This document shows positions 23,734 through 34,872 of a DNA stretch of 64,000 bases, in pieces. The stretch lies in IMG/VR virus record IMGVR_UViG_3300027977_000007, one strand, 5' to 3'. Both the position numbers and the translations under genes were made by a program. Below the pieces are notes generated by a model. The model searched no databases and was not told where the DNA came from. It was given only the letters and a program-made list of their open reading frames with translations. Position 1 is the stretch's first letter; the number at the start of each line of letters is the position of its first letter. The DNA comes from a virus.

Positions 23734-25872
23734 TTAGAAATCCATGCTTAATTCAAAGCTAATTGTATTACCAGCTGCTAATTTAACTGGATTGCTTAAT
23801 TTACCTATACATACTAGGTTTTGATTTGTATCATAGATACCAATTTCAGACACTCTAATCAACGGTGGGTTGGTGGCAGCATCTTTGCTCCTAGTTGGGT
23901 TAGATGTTGCGTTAAATTGGTTAGAATTGACTCTGATGTCAAATATCGTCTTATATATAGTCGCACCAATATAGGTTTCTAGGTTTCCGTAAAAGAATCT
24001 TTCATCACCAAATTGTAAATTAGATGGTTGTGTATTCGCTGGCATATTCAATAACGGTATCAAATTAAACGTTGTTGACGCAGAAACCTTTAATGAATCC
24101 AACACAAAGCCTGTTACTAATGGTGATTGATTTTCTAATAAAACTGGGTCAATACTTTCACTAGCGTTTGTGGTAATTGAGGTGGTTGTAAAGTCATATT
24201 CCAACCATGCGCCCCCATCAGGTCTAATAGATGCATCTGCTACTACTTGATATAATAATTTAAACTTGGTAGCGTAGAAGCCACGACCATCATATGAACC
24301 AGATTCTATCTTACGCATGTATGGTAATGAGCCAACATCATTGATTCTGAATACAATATCTTTAGCTAATGATGAATTATTAGTAACCTTAATGTATTCT
24401 TGACATGGCAAGCTTGATGTCAAACCAGTAGCACCACTAATTTGAAGACTATACGTTAAGTATATTGTTTCATTTGGTTGAACTACGCCTGTCGATGTGC
24501 CACCACTAGGTGCTTGAATGTTTGCTGCGAGTGCTGGTAGTGTCCAGTTTCGATTAGACTTGTATGACATTGCGGCCACTATTTCATCATCATCAAAAAC
24601 TATCATCTTTAATTGTGGTAATACCTTACCAACAGTTAATGGAGCTGTTGAGGTTGAACCTGATATCTTGCTTGGGTCTTCAATCAAATCGATGTATTCA
24701 ATATCTGAAGTACCAATTAACTTTGTAGAACCAGTTGCAATAAATGTCATACCCATAGTTGTACCACTACCTGATGGACCGCCACCTCTATGATACATAA
24801 TATTAGGTAAGTGAACCTTAACAATCTTATTATTTGTTGCATCAACATATAAATACTCACCATAAAGGTTAGATATTGCATTATTTGTATAATGTATGAT
24901 TGCAACTGATTTTGATACATCATCTGGATAGCTAATACCAGGCCCGTTACAATTTAAATTAGTTGTCACACCAGAACTTTCACATAGATATTCTAAGTAT
25001 GGGTTCTTGGTACCTAAATACCTATAGGAACCAAACTTGGTATAGTTTTCATATAGCGTATTTGCGCTCATACCAGCCATATCCTCACACCAAACATTAT
25101 TTTGGTTCCAAACTGGAACATCATGACAAGTTACGTTAACCGAAGAATTAAAGGATAAGGTACCAGAATCCCAATATGCAGTTGTGTTGCCAGTTGCTAT
25201 ACTATTATATACTTCACCACCACGATAAATATACACACGTGAAGATACGCTATTGGTTGCATAGTTAGGTAGATTTCTATCAAGAGTTAGGGTTGTACCA
25301 CTAATGTTTTGCACCTTAAACCATAGATTAGGTATTGCTGATGTTGTGTTGGTTGCTGGTATAGCACCTAGTGTATCGTTTGTTAATTTAAGCATTACAA
25401 TATCACCGATGCTAATGTTTGCAACAGATGTTAATGTTAATAAAGTTGTACCAGATAAATTAGCGTTAGGTACATCTTGGCTATAGGGGGTTAGTTCGGT
25501 TGAATTGTCTATCGTAAATGTTGTACCACTATGAATGAAAAACCCTCTCTCAGTTGCTTCATTATTCACGATGGCTTTAATAACATTCATATTACCAGCA
25601 TTTATTGGTTGATAACTTGATGTTGAATTGCTTGGGGTAATAAAATACTTAATATTTGGTTGTCTATCAAAAGGACGCATAATGACACTACTCCCAGATA
25701 ATGATACGTCAGTTGGGTTTGCATCTACAATCGCCTCACGACCATAATTTATTTCAGAGTCACCAATAGCCCAAGAACTGAAATTAAGTTGGCCCAAGGC
25801 TAGTTGTTGTCTACCCTGTTCAGTTAATTTAATACTAACCAATGGGTTTGTTGTTGGGATTATGTAGCTCAT
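23734..25872 (-). CDS. virion structural protein (baseplate/tail)
   Basis: KLTEQGR...WAIGDSEINY; C-terminal VSEIGIYDTNQNLVCIGKL; TATTTATA at 25905-25912. Confidence 0.7.
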   Translation of the reverse strand: MSYIIPTTNPLVSIKLTEQGRQQLALGQLNFSSWAIGDSEINYGREAIVDANPTDVSLSGSSVIMRPFDRQPNIKYFITPSNSTSSYQPINAGNMNVIKAIVNNEATERGFFIHSGTTFTIDNSTELTPYSQDVPNANLSGTTLLTLTSVANISIGDIVMLKLTNDTLGAIPATNTTSAIPNLWFKVQNISGTTLTLDRNLPNYATNSVSSRVYIYRGGEVYNSIATGNTTAYWDSGTLSFNSSVNVTCHDVPVWNQNNVWCEDMAGMSANTLYENYTKFGSYRYLGTKNPYLEYLCESSGVTTNLNCNGPGISYPDDVSKSVAIIHYTNNAISNLYGEYLYVDATNNKIVKVHLPNIMYHRGGGPSGSGTTMGMTFIATGSTKLIGTSDIEYIDLIEDPSKISGSTSTAPLTVGKVLPQLKMIVFDDDEIVAAMSYKSNRNWTLPALAANIQAPSGGTSTGVVQPNETIYLTYSLQISGATGLTSSLPCQEYIKVTNNSSLAKDIVFRINDVGSLPYMRKIESGSYDGRGFYATKFKLLYQVVADASIRPDGGAWLEYDFTTTSITTNASESIDPVLLENQSPLVTGFVLDSLKVSASTTFNLIPLLNMPANTQPSNLQFGDERFFYGNLETYIGATIYKTIFDIRVNSNQFNATSNPTRSKDAATNPPLIRVSEIGIYDTNQNLVCIGKLSNPVKLAAGNTISFELSMDF

Positions 25873-25929
25873 ATTTTAAATCTTTGTGTTTTACTTATTT
25901 TAGTTATAAATATCCAATAGTCAACAATT

Positions 25930-27351
25930 CTAATATGAATTTATTGAATTAGTTTGGATTATTACTGGTATTGTATCACTATATTTTATATCGGTAATAA
26001 TATTACCGCAAAATGTTTCGTAATTCTTTTGATTTTTGACCCTATAATATAGAGTCGTACCAACAGTTCCACTAGCTATGAAATCATCAGAATAAATGGT
26101 TTGACCAATCAAATAATCTGTAGCCCCCGTATAATAAAACGTTGAGAAAGATGTCCCACTACTAACTTCTAAGGTAAATACACCATTGGCTAATTGTGGT
26201 GGGTTTTCTATACTCCAAGATACTGTTGGGTTGTTAGTTATTAATCCGTTTACTGCCGATACAAATGGAAAATATACTATTGTTATAATATCACCATCTA
26301 ATAATTCACCCTCTAGTATAATTCTCTTTGGATTTGATGTTGATTGATAATAGTCTATACCACTAGCTAAAGTGGCACCGTTAATCATTACCAATATTGA
26401 ACCGTTTAATGCTGGTGTTATACTGGTAAATATTTCATATTTTGTTGTTGTTGTATTATAATAAATTGTATTACTACCTTGACCATTAGTAGCACCGCTG
26501 CTAATTGGTGCAGATACTGCATAATTATCCCCAATTAAATTATTACCACCAGTAGTTGTATAAATAATACTAATAATATCATCCTCTGCGGTTTCACTAT
26601 TTAATGTAACTACGTTTCCACTAAACGTATAGTCATAATCTGGTGATAAGACTAATCCATTTAAGGTTACAACGAAAAACCCTGCGTATTGTTGTGATAT
26701 GATGATATTTGTTATATTTGGTTCTGGAAGAATTATTTGCTGAACCAGTTTGTTTGATGGAGCATTATTGCTATTATTTTGTAATAGGTATGGCACATCT
26801 GCTGGACGGATAGCCGCAAAATAAAAATCCAAATCATTATCATATAATCCATATTGCGTACCTGATATAAATGACCTAGTATTAATCGTTTTACCAAGTT
26901 CTTTTAAAAATCTAGTACAACTATCAAAGGTAAAGTAGCATTTAATGATAAATTCACCATCTAAGGGTAATGAATCGCTTTGTACTACATCCGTAATTAA
27001 ATAAGATGAACTCGTGCCTGAAAATGGTATTGTAGCGGATTTATATACAGCTGGTATTGTAAACATACTAGCAGTATCACTATACTTATAAATTTCATAA
27101 TTAAACGTGGTATTCATACCAGTTAAGGTTGCTATATCACCGCTAAAACTAAAATTAAGTGGTATACTTGAATTTTCTGCAATAACATAAGAGGTAGATG
27201 AACCAGTACAATTTATCTTTGAGGCCCCACTAACACTAATAATAGGTGCATCAAAAATACAAATATCTGAACTCATATTCACATTTAAAATGTCCTTATT
27301 TCTAACGCCACTATGTTCGTTTTGTATATATATTAGTTCTTGGTACCTCAT
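25930..27351 (-). CDS. virion structural protein (beta-rich, repeated LNG...DY...DII.I.Y units)
   Basis: 473 aa within the tail module. Confidence 0.65.
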   Translation of the reverse strand: MRYQELIYIQNEHSGVRNKDILNVNMSSDICIFDAPIISVSGASKINCTGSSTSYVIAENSSIPLNFSFSGDIATLTGMNTTFNYEIYKYSDTASMFTIPAVYKSATIPFSGTSSSYLITDVVQSDSLPLDGEFIIKCYFTFDSCTRFLKELGKTINTRSFISGTQYGLYDNDLDFYFAAIRPADVPYLLQNNSNNAPSNKLVQQIILPEPNITNIIISQQYAGFFVVTLNGLVLSPDYDYTFSGNVVTLNSETAEDDIISIIYTTTGGNNLIGDNYAVSAPISSGATNGQGSNTIYYNTTTTKYEIFTSITPALNGSILVMINGATLASGIDYYQSTSNPKRIILEGELLDGDIITIVYFPFVSAVNGLITNNPTVSWSIENPPQLANGVFTLEVSSGTSFSTFYYTGATDYLIGQTIYSDDFIASGTVGTTLYYRVKNQKNYETFCGNIITDIKYSDTIPVIIQTNSINSY

Positions 27352-27593
27352 TAATAGTCTATGTTTAGTGTTATTAATTGTAAATTTCTAGTATTTTTTA
27401 AACCAAAAGTTATTGGCTTGGTTAATGCTGACGTTACTTGAACCTCAGATAGGTCCTGTAAATAAGCTATAAAACCATTTATATTAATATAGTCTTCTCG
27501 TTGTATTTCACCAATAACCGATTTAACACAAATAACATTATCTGTGATTTCATCAATTAAACTACCTTCTACTATTTTAACTAATTGTGTCAT
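27351..27593 (-). CDS. hypothetical protein (80 aa)
   Basis: ORF track; TAATG overlap with the downstream gene. Confidence 0.65.
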   Translation of the reverse strand: MTQLVKIVEGSLIDEITDNVICVKSVIGEIQREDYININGFIAYLQDLSEVQVTSALTKPITFGLKNTRNLQLITLNIDY

Positions 27594-27596
27594 ATA

Positions 27597-28988
27597 TTAT
27601 GGTTTTCTATATACTGCTCTGCCTGTTGCTCCACTAGTTGTATACAAACCACCAGCGGCTAATGTCGCATCAGCATCAGCTGCTGCATCATCTGCGTAAT
27701 CCCTAACGGTTGTTAGTGCTAACGTTTCAACATACATTGTATTATCAATGGTACCAATTATATCATTACCAAAAACCATAGTTGAGTTACCGCTAGCCGT
27801 TGAACCACTACCATGTACAAAACTATTGTTACCCCCAGCTATTGTTTGAATCCCTCCAGCATGACTAGTAGCACCACTAGCTATAGTCAAATAACCCTCA
27901 GCGTGTGAAAAATTACCACTTGCCGTTGTATGATTACCCTCGGCATGTGAATAATCACCACTTGCTGTTGTTCCAGAACCCTCAGCATGTGATATAGTAC
28001 CACTTGCAGTTGTATTAGCACCCTCAGCGTGTGATATCAAGCCAGATGCTAGTGTTTGATAACCCTCAGCATGACTAGTAGCACCGCTTGCCGTTGTTTC
28101 TTGGCCCTCAGCGTGTGAATTAGTACCAGATGCTATTGTATCGGAACCCTCAGCGTGAGACGCTATACCAGATGCAAGTGTTACGGAACCTTCAGCATGT
28201 GAAAAATTACCACTGGCTATTGATTCTTGACCCTCAGCATGTGATGAATTTCCACTTGCTATTGTATTAGAACCACTGGCGTTTGAATATAAACCACTTG
28301 CTATTGTTTGATAACCACTAGCATGTGAATAAGCACCACCAGCTATTGTTTGATAACCGCTGGCATGTGAAGTAGTCCCAGATGCAATTGTTAATTGCCC
28401 TTCAGCATGACTGGCAAATCCACTAGCCGTTGTACTACGACCTTCAGCATGTGAGCTTTCACCCTGAGCAAATGTATCATTACCCTCAGCATGTGAATAA
28501 TTACCACCAGCTATTGTTAAAGTACCCTCAGCATGACTCGTAATGCCACTAGCTATCGTGTTACGACCTTCAGCGTGTGATGTTGCACCACTAGCTGTTG
28601 TATTACGACCTTCAGCATGGCTTGCTAGGCCACTAGCAGTTGTTCCAGAACCCTCAGCATGACTTCCACCACCACTAGCTATTGTACCAACACCCTCAGC
28701 AACTGATGCAAATCCACTAGCAGTTGTTCCAGAACCAATAGCAAAAGCATAGGAGCCAGTAGCGTCTATTGTTGTTCCATTATTCGCCTTAACTGGGTAG
28801 TTTGAACCATTCCATGTTGAACCAGATATAAAATATTCAGCCGCTGGTGTGGATAAACCAGCAACCAATGATAATGGAATTGCATATGAACTACCATCAG
28901 GATTTTGTGATGTGTCGCCAGTAACAACAATATGTATTAAATCCGTTAAGCTTGCTGCTGAATATTTGGTTCTTTGTGTTAATTTCAT
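27597..28988 (-). CDS. tail fibre / receptor-binding protein with YadA-head (Hep/Hag)-like beta-roll repeats
   Basis: About 24 tandem 14-aa repeats TxASGxxSHAEGxx; own TATTTATA at 29003-29010. Confidence 0.8.
   Translation of the reverse strand: MKLTQRTKYSAASLTDLIHIVVTGDTSQNPDGSSYAIPLSLVAGLSTPAAEYFISGSTWNGSNYPVKANNGTTIDATGSYAFAIGSGTTASGFASVAEGVGTIASGGGSHAEGSGTTASGLASHAEGRNTTASGATSHAEGRNTIASGITSHAEGTLTIAGGNYSHAEGNDTFAQGESSHAEGRSTTASGFASHAEGQLTIASGTTSHASGYQTIAGGAYSHASGYQTIASGLYSNASGSNTIASGNSSHAEGQESIASGNFSHAEGSVTLASGIASHAEGSDTIASGTNSHAEGQETTASGATSHAEGYQTLASGLISHAEGANTTASGTISHAEGSGTTASGDYSHAEGNHTTASGNFSHAEGYLTIASGATSHAGGIQTIAGGNNSFVHGSGSTASGNSTMVFGNDIIGTIDNTMYVETLALTTVRDYADDAAADADATLAAGGLYTTSGATGRAVYRKP
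27762..28770 (-). repeat. imperfect 42-bp coding tandem repeats (~24 copies)
   Basis: Recurrent ccctcagcatg/ccactagc units at 42-nt period, in frame within the fibre gene; boundaries approximate. Confidence 0.85.
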
Positions 28989-29027
28989 TTTATTTTCTTT
29001 ATTATAAATATGTGTTATACCTTTAAA

Positions 29028-31457
29028 TTATTCACTTGTTTTAAATACCGTTACTTGTCCAACAAACTCAGACCCATGATTCATTTGTGCTAAACAAAGT
29101 GATGTGTATATACTTTGCGGATTTGTTACGTTAGTAATTGTTGATACTTCTACACCTACCGTAGTACATTGTCCACTAACACCATTTATTGGACTTAGGA
29201 CTTTTTCACCATCAAACGGGTTGGTATTAAACAATGAAGAATAAGACCTATACTTAAATTTTTGTTGGTCAAATATAGTGTTTGAATATACCCTGACACT
29301 ACCCCATATTGTTGTTGCTGGTATCACTTGCTCAACTAAATCAACCCAATAACTTCCAATAAGGTCACTAAACTGCTCCATTGACATATAGTTAAATGCT
29401 GAACTATTATTACCACAATACAGATTGCTATTTAAATATCTATCATATAACGCCCTTAATGTTGCATAGCTAGAAATTGTTTGTCTATTCTTTGCATCAA
29501 TAAGTTCTGAAGATATTATGTATTGGAAATCTTCTAAGACAACGGTATTAGTTAAAGATTGTGTTAATAATAAATTAAAATCTATTTGGTCACCACAACA
29601 TATTGATGGTAAACCGCCAGAATTATCTATTGAACCACCATCCATAAATTGATATGGTTCATCATCCATAAATTCAAAATATTCATCATCTTGGAACTGT
29701 TTATAACCGCAAGGAGCACAATATGTCTCACCAGTCAATAAACAAGCATTATCGGTAGCGTAACACCAAATATCTGTTTCTATTGCCGATGCCATTTTTA
29801 TATCTAAATCTATTTCTTTAGTATTTAAGACTAAACGCTCATCGGTTACATCATAGTTTGTCTGACGGATAGCATTATTACCCTCAAAGTCTAGTATTCT
29901 AAAATCTCTATTTAGTGGGGTTGTTGTAGAAATCCATGATTTTTTATTATCACGAATTCTTTCTAGTTCAAAGCCTGGGCATTTTGTAACAAATATATTT
30001 GTTTTATCTACAGATGTACAAGTCTTATTAAGCTTTATATTGTCCAATAATATACAAATATCACCACAAGTATGGTTAAGATTTAATGTCAATTTAACCT
30101 TGTTACCAATTAATTGTGATATTATTTGTGGGTCAGTTATTGAAAGCCTATAGGTTAACCAATTTGACGCAAAAGAATTTATTGGTAAACTATCATAAAA
30201 AGTAACAGTGTTTGCTAAGCCACTAGGTAAACCAGATTGAATATATAAATCATCAATTAAAGAATCACTAACCGTAGAGCAAATGCCTTGTGCATTTGAA
30301 CCATTTTGAGATATTTGAAGTGGGTCACAAGCGGAATTTGTGCAAACATAAAAACCACTATCTGTATTACCTGTTAAATATTCATATAAATTACCAACAC
30401 CAATTGCTGAAAAGAAATCATATATTTGAAGTACGCTTGTGGTTACATTTGACGAATCCGTTATATCTAACGATAGGGAAGCATCTAGAGTTTCAAACAT
30501 ATCAATTGGTCTATTACAAAGCGTTTGTATCGGTGTTTCTTGAAAATCACCTAATTGTTGTTGTAACTTACTTAATGAATTTTGACAACTTGATAGTTGT
30601 GTTGTTATATCCAATAATTGATTTTCAAGTGTTGTTCTACTACCGATAGGTGTTGAACAAACATTTGTTAAGATAGCTGAAGACGTATTGTCTATTGCCA
30701 ATAACGTTGTAATATCAGCACATGTATAAGATGAAGTATCACCATTTAAAAAATTTTGATACCTTAATGGTCCCAAGATATTTGACCAAATGTTTAATCC
30801 ATCTTGTGTTAAACAATAAATATCATTATTTAAAGGGATTAGTGGTTGTTGTGTGATACCTGATACTTGACCAAGGCCAGTACCAAAACCTGTATTACTA
30901 AAACCACTTACAGCTGATGGTGGTAGTGTGCCTATTGATGTTTGTGTTGTTGATGGTTGACATGAAATTGAATACAGTGTTCCTGATATTTGAGATTCAA
31001 TTAAATCTTTTTGATTTGTTAATGTTGTACATAATGTTGTTTGGTATTCTACATCTTGAACTAATTGACTATATATTGCCTTACTTTCTGATGTAACAAA
31101 TGTGTTTAGTGTTGGATTTTGAGTATTTAATATACTATATAATCCTTTACAAGTGAATTTAAATAAATAATCAAATTCTATATCAAGTGTGCAAGTTTCA
31201 TTATCAGCGGTAAAAAACAAAGCACCATCATTACCAACAGGGTTTAGTGTTATCTTAAATGGATTTTCGATATCACAGGGTACTGGCTCAGTCCAATAAC
31301 ATTTTTGCTTATCTGAATCAAAGGTAAAACCACTATAAGAACAACATTGAAGTGTTGGGGCCAATGGATTAACACCTTGGAAAATAGATACAGTCCTGTC
31401 AGAATTTTTGACATATGTTAAAGATTGACAATCGTTAATTTTACCGTAGTAATTCAT
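29028..31457 (-). CDS. Cys-rich virion structural protein (baseplate region)
   Basis: 809 aa; WVDLVEQVIPATTIW motif; about 30 Cys. Confidence 0.65.
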   Translation of the reverse strand: MNYYGKINDCQSLTYVKNSDRTVSIFQGVNPLAPTLQCCSYSGFTFDSDKQKCYWTEPVPCDIENPFKITLNPVGNDGALFFTADNETCTLDIEFDYLFKFTCKGLYSILNTQNPTLNTFVTSESKAIYSQLVQDVEYQTTLCTTLTNQKDLIESQISGTLYSISCQPSTTQTSIGTLPPSAVSGFSNTGFGTGLGQVSGITQQPLIPLNNDIYCLTQDGLNIWSNILGPLRYQNFLNGDTSSYTCADITTLLAIDNTSSAILTNVCSTPIGSRTTLENQLLDITTQLSSCQNSLSKLQQQLGDFQETPIQTLCNRPIDMFETLDASLSLDITDSSNVTTSVLQIYDFFSAIGVGNLYEYLTGNTDSGFYVCTNSACDPLQISQNGSNAQGICSTVSDSLIDDLYIQSGLPSGLANTVTFYDSLPINSFASNWLTYRLSITDPQIISQLIGNKVKLTLNLNHTCGDICILLDNIKLNKTCTSVDKTNIFVTKCPGFELERIRDNKKSWISTTTPLNRDFRILDFEGNNAIRQTNYDVTDERLVLNTKEIDLDIKMASAIETDIWCYATDNACLLTGETYCAPCGYKQFQDDEYFEFMDDEPYQFMDGGSIDNSGGLPSICCGDQIDFNLLLTQSLTNTVVLEDFQYIISSELIDAKNRQTISSYATLRALYDRYLNSNLYCGNNSSAFNYMSMEQFSDLIGSYWVDLVEQVIPATTIWGSVRVYSNTIFDQQKFKYRSYSSLFNTNPFDGEKVLSPINGVSGQCTTVGVEVSTITNVTNPQSIYTSLCLAQMNHGSEFVGQVTVFKTSE

Positions 31458-33862
31458 TATTTTCCAATTATATTTTGTGGATTTATTATTTGTGGATTCA
31501 CTATTTGTGTATCATATATTTTTTTACACCTTTCATTTTTACAACATACATAACCAGAATTAATAACATTGTTATTTAAGTCTTTATATTCATAAAAAAA
31601 TGGTTCTCCACCTAAAAATAAACAACATTCTTGTGATATATATTTTGATTGATTCAGTATTGGCTGACCAAAATAGTTAACCAATAAATTACCATTAATG
31701 TCATATTGTTTATAACCAAAAATCATAGATGAACCAACAACATTTACGTCAGGATTGACCTCAGCTGGTATTTCTACAACATCACATCTTTGTGCTATCG
31801 GATTTACTTTATCTATACAAAGACTCATTACGTTATCTGAATTAGGTATATCACAACCACAATCATTTAATTCTGGTGACGGATTAGGGTCTGGAATGAT
31901 ACTAGGTCTGAATATAATACAATCATCAATATCGGTGCCATCACTATTTGTTATATCTACGCTAGTAACTGTTGTTGCTGTTGTTACACCAAAATTAAAC
32001 TGGCCTAAATCAAAGTTTGTGTATAGATTAGCTACATCTGTTGTGTATGTTACAGAACTAAGTGTTACTGGTAAAAAGTCAGGTATTAAACAGCGTAACT
32101 GATTGAAGTACTTATACCCACCATCATAAGGACCAACGTGTGGGTTATTACCTGTTAATATTTCTATTGTAGAACCACTACCACCAGTCTCACGATACCA
32201 AAGACCATTATTTTGGAAATACATATCATCTGTATTCTGGAAAAATCTTGGATAACCCTCGGTATCTATTGGATAAAGTGAAATATCTGTATCTAGTCCA
32301 TTAAGCCTTAAAACATCAAAAAATATGTCCATATTAATAGGTGCATCCGCTTTGTAGATGTACTCATTAAATTGAATTAGACCTAATGGTGCACCTATAA
32401 AACGTAAGAAAAATTCTATAACCTTTCTAGCACCTTTAGATTTCCATATCCAAGGTGTGTTAAGGATTATTCTTCTCCAAAGTTCAATATCAGCCTCAAC
32501 TGCTGTTAGACCAACAGATTGACCCGAATAGGTTGAGGGTGTCGTTGAAACGTAGCTTGCTAATAAGTTATTATCAAAAACTGACGAAACCAATTCCCAA
32601 CCTAATACTCTAGCTAGATTCTTTAAGTATACATCAGGTGTATTATTCTGTTTATCATAGGTTACAGTATTCGCAAATTGAATGCCTAAGATGTATCGGT
32701 TTAGTTCATCAAATTCTCTACCGTATATTTGTAAGGTCTTGTTAACTTTTTGACCAGATGTATCTTGCTGTAAATCAGAAAGATGTACTGGCATTGTATC
32801 AAACGCAGTTATTGATTCTGATACTAAGAACCTATTCATTAAATTACTAGAGAATAGGTCATTTTTTGCCGCAATGTCCAATAAACTAGTTACGTAATCA
32901 ACATACGCATCCGTATCAAAATCTATATTATAACCATCAGAAACTGGCCAAGTTACACTATTTGTAATATACATTATAATACCATCATCAGATGTAACTG
33001 GGTATTTAAACGATGCTGTGTATTTTGGTACCACCATTCTGTTTAACAAGTAAGCTTCAAGGTCTAATAAGGTATTAAAAAATTTATCCTCATAAATCTT
33101 ACTAGGCTTAATGTGATATTTCACATAATATGTACTTTGTGAACCAGTAAATGGATTACCTGTTACATTTAAATAGATATAATCATTTAATACATTTGTC
33201 GAAGCTGAAAAACCTACCAATGGATATTCAATATCATTATATAATACTGAATATGCGTTAAAATTAATTGTTAAATTTCTTAAATCATTTGTTTGATTAA
33301 AGGTGTTTATGATTGTACCATTTGTAGTGTAAACAATACCAAATTTATTATTAATAAATGACGTGTTAACCTTAAACGATGATATATTAGATATACTATC
33401 ATAGGTATAATCATCTACTGTCTGCCCAAATATTGTTTGACCAGCTGTGTTTTGTGTTAATGTATCAAGATATAAAGAAGCTGGCCATTGTGTTATAATA
33501 GTCTCTAAAGAAACCCTAATGTATTCACTTAATGAACCAAATAATGCGTAATAGTCTAAGTTTCTTTTATCCAAGTTTAATACAACCTCAGCATTGTCAG
33601 CTAGTAGGGTATTTGCCTCGTTTAAGGTTAAATTTATATCAGATAAGGTAATAAAATTAGAGAACTTAGCCGAATTATATGTCTTATCTAATTTTGGGTC
33701 TAAGTTTGTTGTAATAGCAAAGTTACCTAACGTAAATAACGGTGAACCACCATTACTGGTTAATTGATTCCCCACCAAATCTGGTGTGAAATCCCTATAT
33801 TCAATCCCATCAACGTAAGTAACTTTCTTGGCGTACCCAACTACCTTAATTCTATTGCTCAT
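31457..33862 (-). CDS. baseplate wedge-like protein (gp7/P2 gpI-type motif)
   Basis: YLKNLARVLGW...LWRRIILNTPWIWKSKGARKVIEFFLRFIG. Confidence 0.65.
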   Translation of the reverse strand: MSNRIKVVGYAKKVTYVDGIEYRDFTPDLVGNQLTSNGGSPLFTLGNFAITTNLDPKLDKTYNSAKFSNFITLSDINLTLNEANTLLADNAEVVLNLDKRNLDYYALFGSLSEYIRVSLETIITQWPASLYLDTLTQNTAGQTIFGQTVDDYTYDSISNISSFKVNTSFINNKFGIVYTTNGTIINTFNQTNDLRNLTINFNAYSVLYNDIEYPLVGFSASTNVLNDYIYLNVTGNPFTGSQSTYYVKYHIKPSKIYEDKFFNTLLDLEAYLLNRMVVPKYTASFKYPVTSDDGIIMYITNSVTWPVSDGYNIDFDTDAYVDYVTSLLDIAAKNDLFSSNLMNRFLVSESITAFDTMPVHLSDLQQDTSGQKVNKTLQIYGREFDELNRYILGIQFANTVTYDKQNNTPDVYLKNLARVLGWELVSSVFDNNLLASYVSTTPSTYSGQSVGLTAVEADIELWRRIILNTPWIWKSKGARKVIEFFLRFIGAPLGLIQFNEYIYKADAPINMDIFFDVLRLNGLDTDISLYPIDTEGYPRFFQNTDDMYFQNNGLWYRETGGSGSTIEILTGNNPHVGPYDGGYKYFNQLRCLIPDFLPVTLSSVTYTTDVANLYTNFDLGQFNFGVTTATTVTSVDITNSDGTDIDDCIIFRPSIIPDPNPSPELNDCGCDIPNSDNVMSLCIDKVNPIAQRCDVVEIPAEVNPDVNVVGSSMIFGYKQYDINGNLLVNYFGQPILNQSKYISQECCLFLGGEPFFYEYKDLNNNVINSGYVCCKNERCKKIYDTQIVNPQIINPQNIIGK

Positions 33863-33869
33863 TGCTTAT

Positions 33870-34793
33870 TTATATTGTTATTACAGCTGTAAATCTTTTA
33901 GTGAAGTCAATACTAGTCCTTTGTTCTCTAACTTCAAACAATGGTGTTCCAGTAAATCTATCTTTAATTTCGTATAAATCGTATTGTTTATAAATATCAT
34001 TATTAAAGTTATATATAGTATAAATACCATCCTCAAGTGATTTAGTTTGGTTACCAAACAATCCAAATGCAAGTGTTTCAATATCTTGTTCTACCATCTC
34101 AACCTCAATCATAATTGGGTTAAAAAATGTATTGGTTATTATAACCCTTTGATTTGGTTGACCGATAAATGGCAAGGCGTTAGCCTTAACATTAGATGCC
34201 GATGATGGTGATACCGTACAAAATGTAAGTGATGAATTATCGTTAAATCTATAACGGATAGCCTTTTGATTGGCATTCGTCAAATTCTGATTTACAGCTT
34301 CAGCTCTATTGTTAGAAGTTATAACCCTAAAGAAATTATGTACCTTTGCGTCAGCTGCCGATGTGTTGGTATCTAAGTATTCTATTCTATAACCAACCAA
34401 TCCATTATTTTCAAACTTAGTTAAAAAATCTTGTGAAACCGCTGTCGTGTCAAATAAGATACCAGATGTATCTGGGAACGCTGATAAAACACCAACATCT
34501 GTTATACTAGTTCGTATCTCAACTGGTTTAATTATAATTGTATAAATACCCTTTACTCCAAAGACAGATGTTGGTAATTTAAGCGTATATAAGCCACCAA
34601 ATAATTCAAAACCACTGACACCAGATTGGCCCTTATTTGGACTATCTATCGGTATCAAGACATCACTAGATACCAATTTTATTAATGCGGAATTACCAAT
34701 ACTACCCCTAGATGGTGTATAATGATAAAAAATCTCAGCATCACTTGGTGAAATATCTGCTGGTCTTATTATTCCATATGTACCACTTGCCAT
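33870..34793 (-). CDS. virion structural protein, hypothetical
   Basis: 307 aa in the tail/baseplate module. Confidence 0.7.
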   Translation of the reverse strand: MASGTYGIIRPADISPSDAEIFYHYTPSRGSIGNSALIKLVSSDVLIPIDSPNKGQSGVSGFELFGGLYTLKLPTSVFGVKGIYTIIIKPVEIRTSITDVGVLSAFPDTSGILFDTTAVSQDFLTKFENNGLVGYRIEYLDTNTSAADAKVHNFFRVITSNNRAEAVNQNLTNANQKAIRYRFNDNSSLTFCTVSPSSASNVKANALPFIGQPNQRVIITNTFFNPIMIEVEMVEQDIETLAFGLFGNQTKSLEDGIYTIYNFNNDIYKQYDLYEIKDRFTGTPLFEVREQRTSIDFTKRFTAVITI

Positions 34794-34872
34794 TTTATTA
34801 TTTTATTTACTACTATGTTATTGAGCTATGCGCTATTGTTTATCAATGTAAGTATAATTTACTTAAAGTGTA

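Noticed and set aside
27762-28770. Regular ~42-bp repeats as a possible CRISPR array
   Set aside because: Repeats are degenerate at synonymous positions, contiguous and in frame in a protein; there is no constant repeat with unique spacers.
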